From positions 176,514,001 to 176,578,000 of the forward strand of contig OX597814.1 of NCBI GenBank assembly GCA_951406725.2: a stretch of 64,000 nt of DNA, given 5' to 3'. Under the pieces are notes generated by a model. It saw nothing but the letters and a program-made list of their open reading frames with translations. It was not told the origin of the DNA and did no database searches. Position numbers and translations under genes: made by a program. Below, in pieces: positions 35,715 through 50,676 of this stretch. Every line of letters begins with the position of its first letter. Position 1 is the stretch's first letter. The DNA comes from Octopus vulgaris (lineage: Eukaryota).

Positions 35715-37351
35715 TATAATTCACTAAACATTTCAAATAATTTAGAAAAATGTATTTTTTTACATTTGCTTCCAGTTAATTTTTAAGTGTGACTTTCTTT
35801 CCCCATTTCCTTGCCCTCTTATGATCACAATTTATTACAAGAAAAAAAAGTTGATTTTTTTTTCACTAATATCTTATAGGAACAGGCATGGCTATGTGGT
35901 TAAGAAGTTGCTTCTCAACCATATGGTTTCAGATTAGGTCCCACTGCACGGCGCCTTATGCAAGTATCATCTGTAGCGCTGGGCTGACTAATGTCTTGTG
36001 AGTAAATTTGAGAGACTGAAATTGTACAAAGTTCATAGTGTGTGTGTGTGAATTTTTACATACTGTGTGATTCTCATGAAATATCAACTGAGCTACAAGC
36101 AGTGAAGTTTGTCATTTCGTTATCAAAAAATTGTCCACTTGCACTGTATGAAAAACCTGTATGGGTTAATGACAAGAAGGACACCCAGCTGTAAAACAGT
36201 GTCGCAGAAAACATATATTCATGTAACCCGAGTTAAGATGGGAAAAAAGGCATAAATGATTGAACAAATAAATTATCTCAATTTTAAAGATATTGACTAT
36301 GTTCCTAAGTGATGTAAATTATCTAGTGAAGGGTTAGATGTCTTGCAAACGACTTGCACATGCAAGTGCTACCAGTCAAAAGCTTTGTATACCGGAAGCC
36401 AGCAAGTGTATAGGGTCATCAGGAGAGAATGCACACCATTTCGGGGCCTAGCTCTCGACGGCATCAATGCGCACCGGCCCCCCTCACTGATATGAGGCCC
36501 CGCTTGCTAGATCAAATTAAGCTTAATATCCTTCTAGCCATCGCTCATCATCTCTTTTTAACCAAATCCAGTGGCTAGCCTTCTCCACTGTAGATTGGAT
36601 ATCGGTCATGGTGGTATTGACTTTACGATGAGTTAGGCCTAGCGATAACAACAGTTATCAAATAAAGACTTTGATGAGGTTGTTAAGTTGTACCATTGAA
36701 TTAATGTTATAGTGACTTAATAGCTAACTCAATGTTTATGTATTTCATGTAAGAAGTATTAAAAAGCTAATTGAAAATAATTATCTAATGAGGAGGAAAC
36801 AATTTAGTTGATGACTGATATTCTTTTCATTTTATTCAGCAAATATGGGAGATGATTTCAAATATATTTTGATCTTGTTATAACCTCCATAGCCATCACT
36901 GTACACACCAAAGTAGTGATGAAAGACTTGCTAAATAAGTAATATCTAAGCTTGTACATTTATTGGTATAGGTAAATACAGTTGTTTGCAAAATGAATAG
37001 GACACCATCTGCATGAAAAATAATAGTTAAGTTTGTGTTAGGAAATTTAATGAGTGATTAGAGCGTTAAAAACTGAATAGTACCATCTAACTAGTGAATG
37101 TTATATTGAGAACGTATATTTCAAAATACTAATGTTGGTAGTAATATTGGAAGTATGAAGACATGTAATTGCCAACATATTGTATATGTAGTGGGAAATA
37201 GGATGTTAGATTCATACTGATCAGTTTTCTTTTGGAATAATTCTTGCAACGTTTATTGAATTTTATATGGGTTTTAAAGAAGGAATCCATATCTTTTTGA
37301 TCCTACTTGATGTTAATAAAATAGTTTTTCTTTACAGTTTATATGTGTGTG

Positions 37352-37383
<32 letters not shown>

Positions 37384-39816
37384 TATATATATATGTTTAA
37401 AGATTACTTGCCTCTTACATCAGATGCTTGTAAAGATGTCTTTTGCATGAGAATGGTACAGTCTTCTGAAAATGACTCTTAAATGTCTATCCCTTTTTAT
37501 ACTTGTTTTCATTTGCGCATATTTCTTTGCTCTATCCCCAATCAATTTTTCTTTCTTGCTCTTCTGTTGCTTTTTTTTTATAATGTCTTCATGGTACATG
37601 CTGCAAAAATAATCTGACTGTTCTTTTTCTTTTCCAAATATGGTAAGTACTTGTATACCACACAGTAATCACTTGTATCCCACCTTCCCTCTGGTTCAGA
37701 AATACTGCTCTGGGGTGTTTTTGGCTGTTGGTTTCCTTTTCTTGTGCTATTGTTTTTAATGATCCTCTATAATTTATTACATCCCACCACTTGTAACAGT
37801 CTAATATATATATATTATAAATTGATAAATGTGAACTACTTGCAAAATCATTAGTAGTGATTTCAAAAGTACTGAGTAATTTCAGTTTAAATAAAATCCA
37901 CTGGAAAATAAAAACTATTTTTATTTAGAAAATCTTTTTACACCAGTTGTTTTCACTGTTGGATACTTATCTTTCCTACTACTGGTCTTATCTGTATTTT
38001 CGGAATTAGGCCATTTTAAAGTATGGCAAATTGATACAATATTTAGTTATAGGCATTGCCCATCTTTAGTTTAGTTTGCCTGATTTTTCAACAGTTGACA
38101 GATTTTCATTTTTTAACAGTTGTGAGGTTGGTAGTAGAAAAAGGTAGTGAAATAAATACGCAAAAGTTTTCAGCAATATGGAAAAGTATCCCACCCATGC
38201 TAGCAAGGAAAAATGGATGCAAAGCAACAAATAAATGTTTAATTGAATATACAGTCTATGCTTGAATCAAGGACTTAAGGTTTCTACAAAACATCATTCA
38301 GGAGTCAGGTTTTTGCAAAATTTTGCAAAAACAAATTCAGTAAAAGCACAACACAGCCACCATAAAGATAAATAATGAAAAGAAGAAAATTACAAAAACA
38401 ATAACTATTGTTCAGAATGCATTATAATCGAGAAAAAAAACTTAAGTATTCCATATAAGCTAATAATTATCAATAATAATAATTACCAAGATATCTTTCG
38501 TGTTACATAAAATCTCAAATTTTGAATATCTTCATATATATGTAACTGTAGAATTAAGTAACAATGAAAATTAAGAATGTTTTGAATATTTCTGAGAAAG
38601 GATTCAGTTTAACAGATTGCTGCATATGTTCCAAATATAGACATCTATTCTATACAAAACTTTGTATATGAATTTTTGACTGACACAATGCAACATTTTG
38701 ATTACTTTTGTGTATGTAAAATATTGTTCTGATAATATTTGGTAGATATCACATATAACCCTACTGTTATGTATGTTTAGGAAATCTTTGAAAATAATAT
38801 AGTGACCTGTCAAGAATGCAACCTAGTGTCGAGAAACTAAACACTGGAATGATTATTAAGATATGCAACCTAATACACACATACATATAAATAATGTATG
38901 CATATGTATTACATGGAGGTTATTGGAACAATACAAGACATACTTCAATATAGAAGCAAAAAAGAGTCTAATATGAAAGAACTCTCTCATTCCTGGGCTA
39001 TATCTGAACACAAAATCTGAGTATTTGCTCCATGCTTGCATGAGAGGAAGTCCATCCTCTGTAATGGTGTAGACTGCTATAAAAGCTGGGGAGTGCTACT
39101 ATCATTTCATCTACTCCAGTTATTTCTTGCTGCTTGATCTTGGTATCAGAGTATGGCCTTCTATCACATCTTGTGTGCATTTTGTTTCTTCCTCTCTAAC
39201 CTTCTTTTCTTTCTCTCTACGTCTAACATCATTTATCTTTCTGTTTTTTTCTTTCTCTCATTATCTCCTATCTGTTTTTATTTTTGTCTCTTTGTTCACC
39301 ATATTTTTTTCTTTTCTACTCCAGCCTCAGGCCGACCAAAGCCCTGTGAGTGGATTTGGTAGATGGAAAACTAAAAGAAGCCTGTTGTATATATCTAAGT
39401 GTGTGTGTCTTTGTCCTTGTCTCCCACCACTGCTTGACAACTGGTGTTGGTGTGTTTATGTCTTCATAACTTAGCGGCTCAGCAAAAGAGACTGATAGAG
39501 TAAGTACCAGGCTTAAAAAAATAAGTACTGGTGTCAATTCATTCAACTAAGACTTCTTCAAGGCAGTGCTCCAGCATGGCTGTTGTCTAATGACTGAAAC
39601 AAAAGATAAGATATATAGTGGAACTGGCTCTACAGCCCTTTATTACAGGGTGTTTTAGTTTGTACATCTGACAGTTATATGGTCTATTAAATTCACATGA
39701 TCGTTATATAAAATATCTGTGTGAGAGAGCTATACATGTATACATATGTATGTGTTCATATAATAGGTAGAAGAAATAAAGTGTTTATAGGTGTGTGAGA
39801 CATGAACATGAATGTT

Positions 39817-39865
<49 letters not shown>

Positions 39866-39868
<3 letters not shown>

Positions 39869-40021
39869 TCTAGGAGTGGTTGGCGTTAGGAAGGGTATCA
39901 AGCTGTAGAATCTCTGCCAGATCAAGATTGGAGTCTGGTGCAGCCATCTGGTTCGCCAGTCTTCAGTCAAATCGTCCAACCCATGCTAGCATGGAAAGCA
40001 GACGTTAAACGATGATGATGA
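39866..40021 (+). mobile_element. SINE family C copy after a (TG)n(TA)n tract
   Basis: Family C body and tail. Confidence 0.75.
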
Positions 40022-41621
40022 CTTACGTACACTATCAACTATGTTTAAGTACATATGACTGTGGTTAAGAAGTTTGCATTGTAACCATATAGCTTTGTGT
40101 TTTGTCTTAACTGTGGGCAAATGTCTATGATAACCTCAGACTGGCCAATGCTTTGTGAGTCAGTTTGGTTGATGGAAATTACAAAACCTGTATGTGAGTG
40201 TGTGTGGTCTGTGTTTGTATTTCTGTATGATGGGAAAGTTTGAAGGTATGTATGTAAATATGTATATTGATATATAGGTTGTAAATGTATGCAGCCTAGT
40301 GAGCATGTATGTCCAAATGATTGATATGAATAAACCAAGGATATCATTCAGCTGAAGATTGATTATCTAGTGATATCAATCCCTTGCTTGGAATAACATT
40401 AATTATTTTTAATGTTAATACCAATATTTGTATAAATTTTCACTTTATTTTATAAACATTTCCAGTACATTTATTTTTGATTAAATATATTTGATGTAAT
40501 TATTGGTTGTACAGATACATTAGTGGTTATATATAAACTGAAAAGTAGATAACACAACTTTAATAGGCAATAATTGTACAAAAAAAAAAAACCCTCATTT
40601 AAAATTTGTCTAAACTCAAATCTGAGTCCTGACTCTGCAGAAATTCAGTAATTAAATTTGTTGTGAAAAGTAATAACTCCAAAAATTATATATATTTTTA
40701 CAAGCATAAAACAATAAATAAATTTTAAAAAGATAATGAATTTTTTAATTTTTAAATTATAGGGAGGAAAATCAGTAATATATGTATGTAATAAAATAAT
40801 TACCTCATACAGGAAACCCAAGATTTCTTTTGATTAGATTGTCATGATTAACTTTACTTTTTTGAGGATGGTTATTGGTCTTATTGGAATGAACTTTTCA
40901 TATATATTTTTTATCTTTATTTATGTAGGTTGTGTTTTGTTTTTATAGAATTTTGAATAAATATGAATAGCATAAGAGTACTGGCTCTTGAAAGAAGCTA
41001 TTGGAAACTTGAAATTCCTAATTCAAGTGTAGAACCTGTATTCAAATACAAATAAAATAAGCCGTGTGATTTTGGGTTTGTTCCTGCCGTGTGGTACTGT
41101 GGCAGGTATCTTATACAATTGCCTTGTAGAAGATGCTTGGCAGGAATAAACTTAAAATAGCCTTGTGATGACCAATGCTTTATGAGTGAATTTGATGAAT
41201 GGAAGTTCTCTAAGAGTTTATCTCACTCTCTCTTTCTCTATCCCTCTCTTTCTCCCTCTTTCACTCTCTCTTTCACCCCTTTTCCAACTGAGATATTCTT
41301 GTATCTCACAAGACCTATCTCTGTAACACTATTCCTTTTAAGCTGTCATCAACTGACACAAAGCCACCTCCCTCAATACTACTGCTCCTTTCAGTTGAGG
41401 GGGGTCTTTGTGTTGCAAGATACTTGGTGACCCAGCTGGTGCTGGTACCACAAAAAAAAAAGCACCTAGTACACTCTGTAGTGGTAGGCATTATGAAGGA
41501 TGTCTAACTGTAAAAACCATGCCAAAGCAGACAATTAAGCTTGGCACAGTCATCCTGTTAAACTGTCCATCTTATGCCAGTATGGAAAACAAACGTTAAA
41601 TGATGGTTATATATATATATA

Positions 41622-41818
41622 CCGCCAAACTGGCCCGTGTGCCGGTGGCCCATAAAAGCACCCACTACACTCTCGGAGTGGTTGGTATTAGGAGAGGCAT
41701 CCAGCTGTAGAAACTCTACCAGATCAGATTGGAGCCTGGCACAGCCATCTGGTTCGCCTGTCCTCAGTCAAATCATCCAACCCATGCTAGCATGGAAAAC
41801 GGACGTTAAATGACGACG
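41622..41818 (+). mobile_element. SINE family C copy
   Basis: Family C body and tail. Confidence 0.75.
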
Positions 41819-42142
41819 TGTGTGTGTGTGTGTTATTTATATGGATGTGTAAGTGTATGTCTTTAGGTTTTTCCATTTGTTTCTTAACGTTATTTATTTG
41901 CTTAGCATAAAATAATGTCCCTGCTGGTTTTATGCTAACATGCAAAAAACATGATCATGATGATATTGTAATGAATAGAAGCACTCCACAACATTGGGAT
42001 AAGTAGAAATTTTAGGTATATTTAGGCACCTGTGTTTTTAGTCAACACACATTGAACCTAACTGTGATAAGGTACGCAGAGAAAGCAGTGGTTTACCTTT
42101 TACATTGTTGGCTGACAGCATTGCTGAGACAGCAACTTAATA

Positions 42143-42355
42143 AGGTGGTGAGCTGGCAGAAGCGTTAGCGGCATTTCGTCTGTCTTTACGTTCTGAGTTC
42201 AAATTCTGCCGAGGTCCACTTTGCCTTTCGTCCTTTTGGGGTCGATAAATTAAGTACCAGTTACGCACTGGGGTCGATGTAATCGACTTAATCCTTTTGT
42301 CTGTCCTTGTTTGTCCCCCTCTATGTTTAGCTCCTTGTGAGCAATAAAGAAATAA
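42143..42355 (+). mobile_element. SINE family A copy
   Basis: Head, core and tail. Confidence 0.75.
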
Positions 42356-43884
42356 CTAATTCTGCTGTGCCTGGGTTTCCAGAAGCAAGTGCCTAGTCCT
42401 GTGTACACTTACCACCTCTCCTCTCATGGATCCTATATTCACAGCATCCATGAAGCTATACAGACATGAAATATTGGTTAAGTCATATACAAGGGGGTGT
42501 TGAAGTTCCTGGTTTTGGGTAAAAGAAAATACAGAAGGATGAGTTAATTATGATTTTATTCAACATATTCTCCTCTCAGATTCATACACTTATTGCAGTG
42601 GTCCGTCAGTTCTAAGCCCTGTAAAAGAAGGTTGGGCCTCCAACCTGGCCTTAAAGCCAGAAACACTCTTATATATCTGCCTTACAGTCCTTCCTTAATC
42701 TTCTTTAAATGCTCATGGGTTTATTATTATTATAGTGCTCATGGTTTGGGCAGAACCAATCCCACACGATTGTCTTTTGAACTTGTAATAGTCTAGTGTC
42801 ACAATCAGGATTTGTATGGAGTTACCTTCTCCTGGATGAGTGGAAGGGCTTCATCTTACCCTGGGTCCATTGAGATGTCTGTGAGTGACCTTCAGGAAGC
42901 AATTCTGTGACATGCTTATTAATCCGTAGCTGGGACTCTGACAGGTGCTACTAGTCCAGGTTAGAGTAGACCTGGGAACAACAATGGGGTAAGAAGTGGT
43001 TCCACACACCTTAAACTCTGTAACTTCTGAACAAGGGCCCCACTACGGTTGCTGTTTAAAGTTATGTCCAGAGGAATAGTAGGTAGTTTATAGGTATTCT
43101 CTCTGTAATCAGGAATAAATAAAGATAAGTGTCTTTTACTTTAGCCATGGGCCAACCAAAGCCTTGTGAGTGGGTTTTATAGAAACTGAAAGAAGACCAG
43201 ATATATGTATACATGTACAAATGTTTGTGCTTGCATGTGTTTATATGTTCATTTACATTTACTTTTCTCTGAAAATCACTCAGCTCTTGGCAGTGATGTT
43301 CCTGTCAATTCCCCTATCAATGGTTTATCTCTTACCTTTTCACTTCTGTGGAATAAGATGTATTGTAAATGTGAAGAAGATATGAGTTAGTGACAGGTAA
43401 CACATCCAGTTATAAAAACATTACTTTGGCATGTATTCGCCTAACCCATGCTAGCATGCAAAAAATGGATGTCAAAATGAGCAAATGAATTCTGATGAGG
43501 CTTTAATTTAAATCAAAACCAGTCAGATTGATCTCTTTTCCTAACCACAGAGAAAAACCTGTCATTTAACCATGGCATTTACCTTTTCACAATGAAGCTA
43601 AATTCATATTTACTGAAAACACATGCTTGTAAATTTACATGTGTATGTGCACAGACTTCATATTTCATAAGTTAATAAGGCTCAAGTTCAAGTTTATTAC
43701 TGCAATCTTGCAAGTCAGTAAAGCTTTAGAATATGATTTTGAAATGAATTTTTGCAATAAGTGGGCTTTTATTTATTTATTTATTTTATCTGGAATTAGT
43801 TGTTTAGTGAAAAATGAATTGAATTTGATATATATAAAAATAATTTTGGCAAGACAGTGTATGCTGTATATAAATATAAACTTT

Positions 43885-44080
43885 TCTACTCTAGCCTGAA
43901 ATTTTGGGGGCAGTCGATTAGATCAACCCCCAGTATGCAATTGGTACTTAATTTATCGACCCCAAAAGGATGAAAGGTGAAGTTGACCTCGACAGAATTT
44001 GAACTCAGAATGTAAAGACAAACAAAATATTGCTAAGCATTTCACCCGGTGTGCTAGCGTTTCTACCAGTTTGCCACCTT
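43885..44080 (-). mobile_element. SINE family A variant
   Basis: Reverse complement of the family A head and core with an alternative tail, as at ~5118-5256. Confidence 0.7.
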
Positions 44081-47000
44081 AGTATATAAATATAATGCAA
44101 GATGTACCGAAACAAATAAGCTGGGCTTTTTTAAGTGACAGACAATACTTGCAGTCTTCTGTTTGGTTTCTTGCTAAATTTATAAATTTTTTGTGTTGTT
44201 GACTCTTTTAGACATTTTTCAAAATATTGGTTCTACAGTTTTAGTGCAGCATCAATTCTTTGGTATTAATTAACTAAATTCTTTAAACAAAAATTAGTGA
44301 AAACTTAAACCTGTGTTTCAAAGTCTAATTTGAAATATTTTATATCAGTAGCAATATTTAGGTTCATCACCCAGCTCTAGATTGTCTTTAACAGAGTCCA
44401 CACTATTATAAGTAATTTAAACCAAGCCTTTGGTCTAAGGTTAGCTCAATAGTTTTGATATGCTGCTTTCTATTGTAACAGCCCATGAGATGTGGTTTCT
44501 TCCTCTCTTACCAGTCTCAGAGACCTTGCAAAATGTCATGTCCTAAGCCATAAAATTAAAATGAACAAACAATCACTGTTTCATTTTCACTAACCAATTA
44601 GAGAAAGGAATTGTATGTAAGTTATAAAAGAATATCTGACTGATAACAGCATAAAAGTAAAATGTTTGATGAAAAAATATCACTATGCAAGATAGCTGAG
44701 TTAGAAGTAGACCAAGGAAAAACTTAGCATGAAGTAATTTTAGACCAGAGATGAGATGCTGCAGGTAAGAGGCCTTAGCAACTTTCTATATTGTAGGTAT
44801 ATCCATGATGATGCAAAATAACCTCTTGACTAACTTTTGTGGTTGTTAGGACAGAGACAAGTGATTTATTTGTAATTGTAGTTTTTTTATTAAATTATGA
44901 TCATCAGTGATAATTTTTTTTCTTTTGCTTTGTATTTTTGTTTGTTATATTGATATATTTTTGTGGTGATTTTTTTTCAAATGATATTATATATATATAT
45001 TTATTTTTTTTTTTGGAATTATGTTTTTTAGTTTATCAAAACATTTTCGTTCTGTCAGTTGCTGCAGTCTTAGTTTGCCCCCCCATGCAGTATTCTGAAA
45101 ACCAAGTTATGGTATGGCTAAGTTAATGCTGTGATGTATGTTAATCCATTGACCATTTCTGTCATTTCAGATGCTGTAGATGTAACCATTATGTTTTGTT
45201 TAACCCACAAGCACATAGCTATTGCAAATGGAGGTAATTGCAAAAACCTATGTAAGAGGTTATTTGCACATATCATCTGCCAATCACTGACAAATTTATT
45301 TTATTTTTATCCCCCTCTATCTAACATATTTAGAAAACAATACTTCTATGTACAGTTTTTGCGTGGAAAAAAAGCTTGGCTTTGTCAAAATAATTTAAAG
45401 TTAAATTTTTTGCCTAGTTTATCCCCAAGTTCATTTTAGGATTTGAAGAGTAAAATTCTTAAATTTAGGTATTAGATTTTTCTGAGTTTAAGAATAAGGA
45501 ATATAAATTACTCATATTATAAGGAACATAGATAATTATTTTCAAGAAGGAAGGTAGATCATTTGAAGAAGAAAAATAATCCTTGAGATAAAAACGTTTT
45601 TTCAAAAATGGTTGATTTTTGATTTTGCTCCATACGTTTATCATTGTTTATTCCTCAGATCATCCTGCTTTTTATATTTTTTTTTTTACACTTTCATTAT
45701 TAACTTTCTATTGTCAGCTTTTTTTAGTCACTAACACATGAACTCACTTTTTATCATAAAATAACAAGATAATTAGGAATTAGTAATTATTCTAAATAGA
45801 AATAAAATGTAAGGGAAAAAAATAAACAACCATTATTGTTACATTTTGTAGCAGATTTAAATTGTAAATTAGTTTTAAAATAGTTTATACATTTTTTTAT
45901 CAACCTAATTTTAAAATTCTATATAGTATGCCTGTGTAGGGTTTTACTTGATGTCCATTATTTGGCAGTCAGCTTAATTGCGAAGACAGACAACTGCACC
46001 TGGGGGCAACTAAAAATGTTCTCTTTCATCAAGTTTTTGTTGGGAGATGTGGTTATTAGTCACATTCCTGATCATTTTCTAAATATTTTCCCCCAGTATA
46101 TTACTGCTTTTCTAATAAACTCCAGAGAGATTAAATTTAACCTTGATTGAATCCATACAGCCAACTGGATGTAAAGCATAGCATATAAGACTTAAATTTC
46201 ATCGCAAACTATTATCCACCAATTCTTATTTTTCTTACACCATTGTAAGCATTTATTCTCTGTCAAAAAGAATTTTGAGAGAATTTTCTGCAGTGAAGTC
46301 TTCAAGAAGAAACTATTTTTAAACCATTGGCTTCAGTTGTTATTGCAGAACAGTCCCTATGAGGAAATATTTTGCATAACACTTGTTTTGTTAAAATAGT
46401 AGAATGGAAAAATACAATATGTTAATAGCAGGCAACATTATTGAAAGGAATTTCTTTAAAAAGTTATTATTCTCTGATTGCTACATTGAACATTTGATCA
46501 TGTCACAATCGCTTCATCTTGCTTGATTTTTTAAAAAAAATTGTGAGTTTGTTGCCAATTTGCAGCAACCAAAACAATGTTTGTTTGTTTGTGTTTTTTA
46601 AAGAAATACTCAGTTCATATATTGTTATGAACCTCTGCTGTTTGGGGGTAAATGTTAAGGTTAGCAACCACCGAAGTTGTTTCAATAATAGTAACTTCAA
46701 TTGTTAAAGCATATTTGCATGTGACTATTTGTGAAATATGCCTAAAGAATTGTTAGGTTTACTGCTTCTAATCGTTCTTTCTTAGATCTTAGCAGCCACT
46801 GAGTTTCTATAAACATCTATTGATTGCTTGCCAGTCAGTGACTTGTGCACAGGATCCACTTTAGCAGTGTCAGAAATATCCATTTTAGTGAGAGAAAGAG
46901 AGTTTGTGTGTGTCTTTGTATTGTTGGCATTAGTATCGGTAGTAAATTCATACTCTGGCATCTGATTTTAGATATGTATGGGTTTATTAACATAAAGAAG

Positions 47001-47169
47001 CCACATGAAAGGCAAATGTTATTGGTAAAAATAAATATATCAAGTTGGATTATATCTCCTGGGTTTCAGTTAATGCAATAGATTCATGACTGTCACTCAC
47101 TCTGGAACATAAAGGTTCTGAAATCAAAAGCTGTGAGAACCTGCTGATCTGCAGTTATGCTAGTTGTAT

Positions 47170-47565
47170 TTTGTAGATTCTTCTTTATATGAAGCATAGG
47201 CCATTGATGGCTTTTCTCCTGTGTTCTTAACTCTGGGCTGTATTTTATGCTTCTCTCCAAATGGATCCCTGCTTTCAGCTGTTTTTAGGGTCTCCTCTCT
47301 TCACTGAGGGAAGGCTTCCTCTCCCAGATCTTGTTAGTTATAAATTGTCAGTGATGTTTCTGTAACTTAGCCTTTTTCTAGGTAGGGGTATTGGCCCTCT
47401 GCCAACCCATTTTTATCTCTGGAAAGAGATGGTCATTGACTCTTTGGCCTCTATCTTTTGACCCATCTAGCATGGAATGCCCTACAAAGAGCTTCCACAC
47501 TGCTGCTCTGCTGGCATAGCACTCAGGGTCACTGAGGCACACAAGCCACCACATCACAACAAGGA
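47170..47565 (-). mobile_element. Probable non-autonomous RTE-derived element
   Basis: Reverse complement begins CCTTGTTGTGATGTGGTGGCTTGTGTGCCTCAGTGACCCTGAG, resembling RTE/BovB-type 5' ends (recalled similarity, not searched). Confidence 0.4.
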
Positions 47566-48291
47566 TTGGACCTTGTGGTAGATCCTTGTAGGTAACCTGG
47601 ATAAATATTTGAGAAAATACCTTAGTGTTTTATTTGTTCAGGTAGATGAAGCAAGTTTATGTCTATCAGAATCTTTATATCTGATCTAGTCACCTTGAAA
47701 AAACTTTACCAGAAGTGTGAAGATCTTGCTGACATTGTTCTTGGAAGTGTAGGAAGAATGGATAATCCTTAAAACATATATTAATTTCTTATATTATTTA
47801 AATGTTAAAGGAACTTCTAAATCAACCCTACATATGTGTGTTTGTAATGTATGTATGTACATATGCACAAACAAGTATACTATTGTTATTTAGTCCCCAG
47901 TCAGACCTGACCAAACAGTTCTGTGATCAAAAATATTCCAGCTGTGACCTTCTTGTCTTTAAAAGTATTGAAGACTACATTATCTAATGTGTTCTTTCCT
48001 TTTGAAAGGTTGTAGGGTGTGATTTAAGGGAGATTTAGTTGCTATTTCTAGCAGCTCATGTGACAATGTTGAGACTCCCTATTTAGCAGTTTACTTTGTA
48101 ATATGTATGTGTTGAGTAAGATACTTAGACGAATCCTTTTTTTATTTTCAACTAAGAATAATTCAACTGATTGAGGTTGCCTAAATCAGAGACAACTGTT
48201 CCAATTTGAAACTAAATAATTCCACTGTTTGGTGATTTTGGTCACTCAAATCACAGTGGTATATAATCTTGTCAGCATATACAGTAAATTT

Positions 48292-48475
48292 TTTAAAACT
48301 TATTTCCAAATTGTCTGAAATCTTCTCTCATCAAAGAATTCTTAAAATTTGTGCCTAAGTTGTCTGAAATCTCATCGAAGAATTTTAAAAATTTGTTTCC
48401 AAGTTGTTTGAAGTCTTCTCTCCATCAAAGAGTTCTGAAAAATTTTCTCCAAATTGTTTGAAGTCTCTCATCAAG
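48292..48475. repeat. Minisatellite, ~4 diverged units of ~45-49 bp
   Basis: Repeating AAAATTTGT..CCAAGTTGT.TGAA.TC..CTCATCAAAGAATT. Confidence 0.75.
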
Positions 48476-50563
48476 CAAAATAATTGTTGCAGGATGCAAA
48501 AACAAAATCATTTGCATTTGTTGTTTATATCTCATTTATTGTTGATGTTCCAGTATGGCCAGTGATTAAATGCTTTCTCTAGAGAGTTTAGTTTCCATGT
48601 TTTGGGCTCTCTCTCTCTCTCTCTCTTCAGTCAAGTAATTTTATTCTACTTGATTATAAAATATTATGTGGAAATGTTGTTTTAGAATTTCAAAATACAT
48701 TTTGTATTGTATATATACAAAACCTCTTATTGTACGTCATTGACTGAATTTGAACTCCTACACGTCTTTCTTAAGACTGAGTGAATGTGTGTGAGTTGTT
48801 GCAGCAGCAGAACAATGTGTGAAGAAGACCAACAAAAAAAAAAAAGAAAGAAAAAGAAAAGAAAGCTTTCAAATAACAAACAAGGATTTACTTAATCCCT
48901 AAAAAGTCATATTTAATGAAAGATATTCTTCAGAACACACATTTTTAAAGCTGGCTGCAAGAAAATATACAGTTCTTCTCATTCCTTGCGTAAACACTGC
49001 AATATTTTGGCAATGCACAAGGAATTACAGTATAATACTGAATATTTTGAATTTTTTGTTTTCCTGAACAAATTTCAGTTCATTTCTCTGTTCAATGTTG
49101 CATGGAAAGGTATGGATATTTCTTTTACTAAAAGATGTTACATGTTCACATATGACCAAACTGATTATCGTTGAAGCTATAAAACCTGTCTTATTCAAAT
49201 TACTCTTGTTTTATACATTTTTCATGTTGTCTTTCTTTCATTATGTCAGCTAATTCAAGCCTTATACATGACATTGTGACACAAAAGATTGTATTTTTTT
49301 CTTACTATTTTGAATTTTATTCCAAAACTTGTTATTTTTAAACCAAAAAAAAAAAGAAAAGTATTTATGACATATCTCAGCTTATTTGGATGTTTGCTGG
49401 GATGAAATGTAAAATCGAACACTGGAATTTTAGTTTGCAAAATAGATGAATGATAATAAATATTGCAATGATTTAGTCTGACACTCCCATCTTGGCTATC
49501 ACCAAAGATCTTCAAAAAAAAGAAGCAGTTAAAAAACATGATTCAATTTGAATTGTTTAACCATTTATTTACCCTTGTCTTATATGTGTTGGATTATAAC
49601 CCTTAGCTTATCAGTTGATTAGTCTTGAGAAAATAATAGTAGTGAATATTTAGTTTGCTGTGTGAAAAAAATAATTTCATTAAAAGTCTGTTGTTTAGTC
49701 CTAGTTTAATGCATTGTTTATACTTATAGCTTGTGATGCATTTTGTCCTAAATTACCATGAGATTTATAGATAATTCTTTACACCATAACCATCATTAGC
49801 AATATTTTAGTGTCTTCCATCTCATCCAGTATGTATTGCATCCAGTTAAATTTAGATCACTTAATCAAAGTCCATTGATTTCAAGACATTTTTTTTTTTT
49901 TAAAATCTATCTTGTTTATTTATTTGTTCTTTTTTTCACCACCAATGCGAAAAAGAATAAAAAATTGTTTGCCCATTCACATTTTCATTCTAAATGTCTA
50001 TGTTTACTAATTCTTGATATTTTTTCTTCTGAGAAGTGGGGAATTTTGTTTAATTGATCTTACATCTAGGGGTAATAATTCAAAAGATTTTACTAGGACT
50101 ATAGTTTAGAATTGGGGTTTACTTAAGATATATAAGCTCTCTGAAATTTATATACATCTACCAAACAAATGTACTTGGAAATTATTTAGATTTAAATAGT
50201 AATTCCCATTATAATCTTAATTATCATAATTTTTTTTTTAACTTTGTGAGTTAAGAATAAATATTTTAGTGATCAAAGTTTGTAGAGTTTAAGTTATTTT
50301 ATCTATATTTACTTTAAAAATAGAAATTACATATGACATTTTAATTTTAGTTTTAAAGTTAATGAAAAAGACAGTCTGTCTTTTTCATTAGTCTCTGCTC
50401 TTTACAAATTATTTTTACTTTTAATCATTTGATATTCATTAGAAAACCTTTTAAAACATTGTTTAGATATATATGGGGAATGTAAATCTTCCTCATATAA
50501 CAGTTTATATCTCTATATTTGATAAATTATGTTACCTTTTAAATAACTTTTAATCTCTTGCAG

Positions 50564-50676
50564 GAGTGAATATTGTCGAATTGTGAAGCTTAAATATTGT
50601 TTGGAATCTGATGCTGACTGGGCTAAAGAATTCCGGCGTCGTTTGGGAACTGACAGTTCAAAGGGAGGTTTCCGAA
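50564..50676 (+). CDS. Coding exon 2 of the duplicated-domain protein
   Basis: TCTCTTGCAG acceptor, A|GTAAGC donor; phases 2 and 1 match both neighbours; encodes SEYCRIVKLKYCLESDADWAKEFRRRLGTDSSKGGFR. Confidence 0.88.

Noticed and set aside
36400-36450. Minus-strand GAAA...CTGATGA as a type II hammerhead
   Set aside because: No room for stem I and no stem II partner
36840-36940. Exon after the TTTTATTCAG acceptor
   Set aside because: Stops in all three frames and a weak donor; it would break the gapless domain alignment
47642-47772. Protein-like peptide MSIRIFISDLVTLKKLYQKCEDLADIVLGSVG after an acceptor-like site
   Set aside because: In-frame stop between the acceptor and the peptide; no compatible phase
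48292-48475. CRISPR-like array
   Set aside because: Contiguous diverged tandem units with no unique spacers, eukaryotic context, no cas genes
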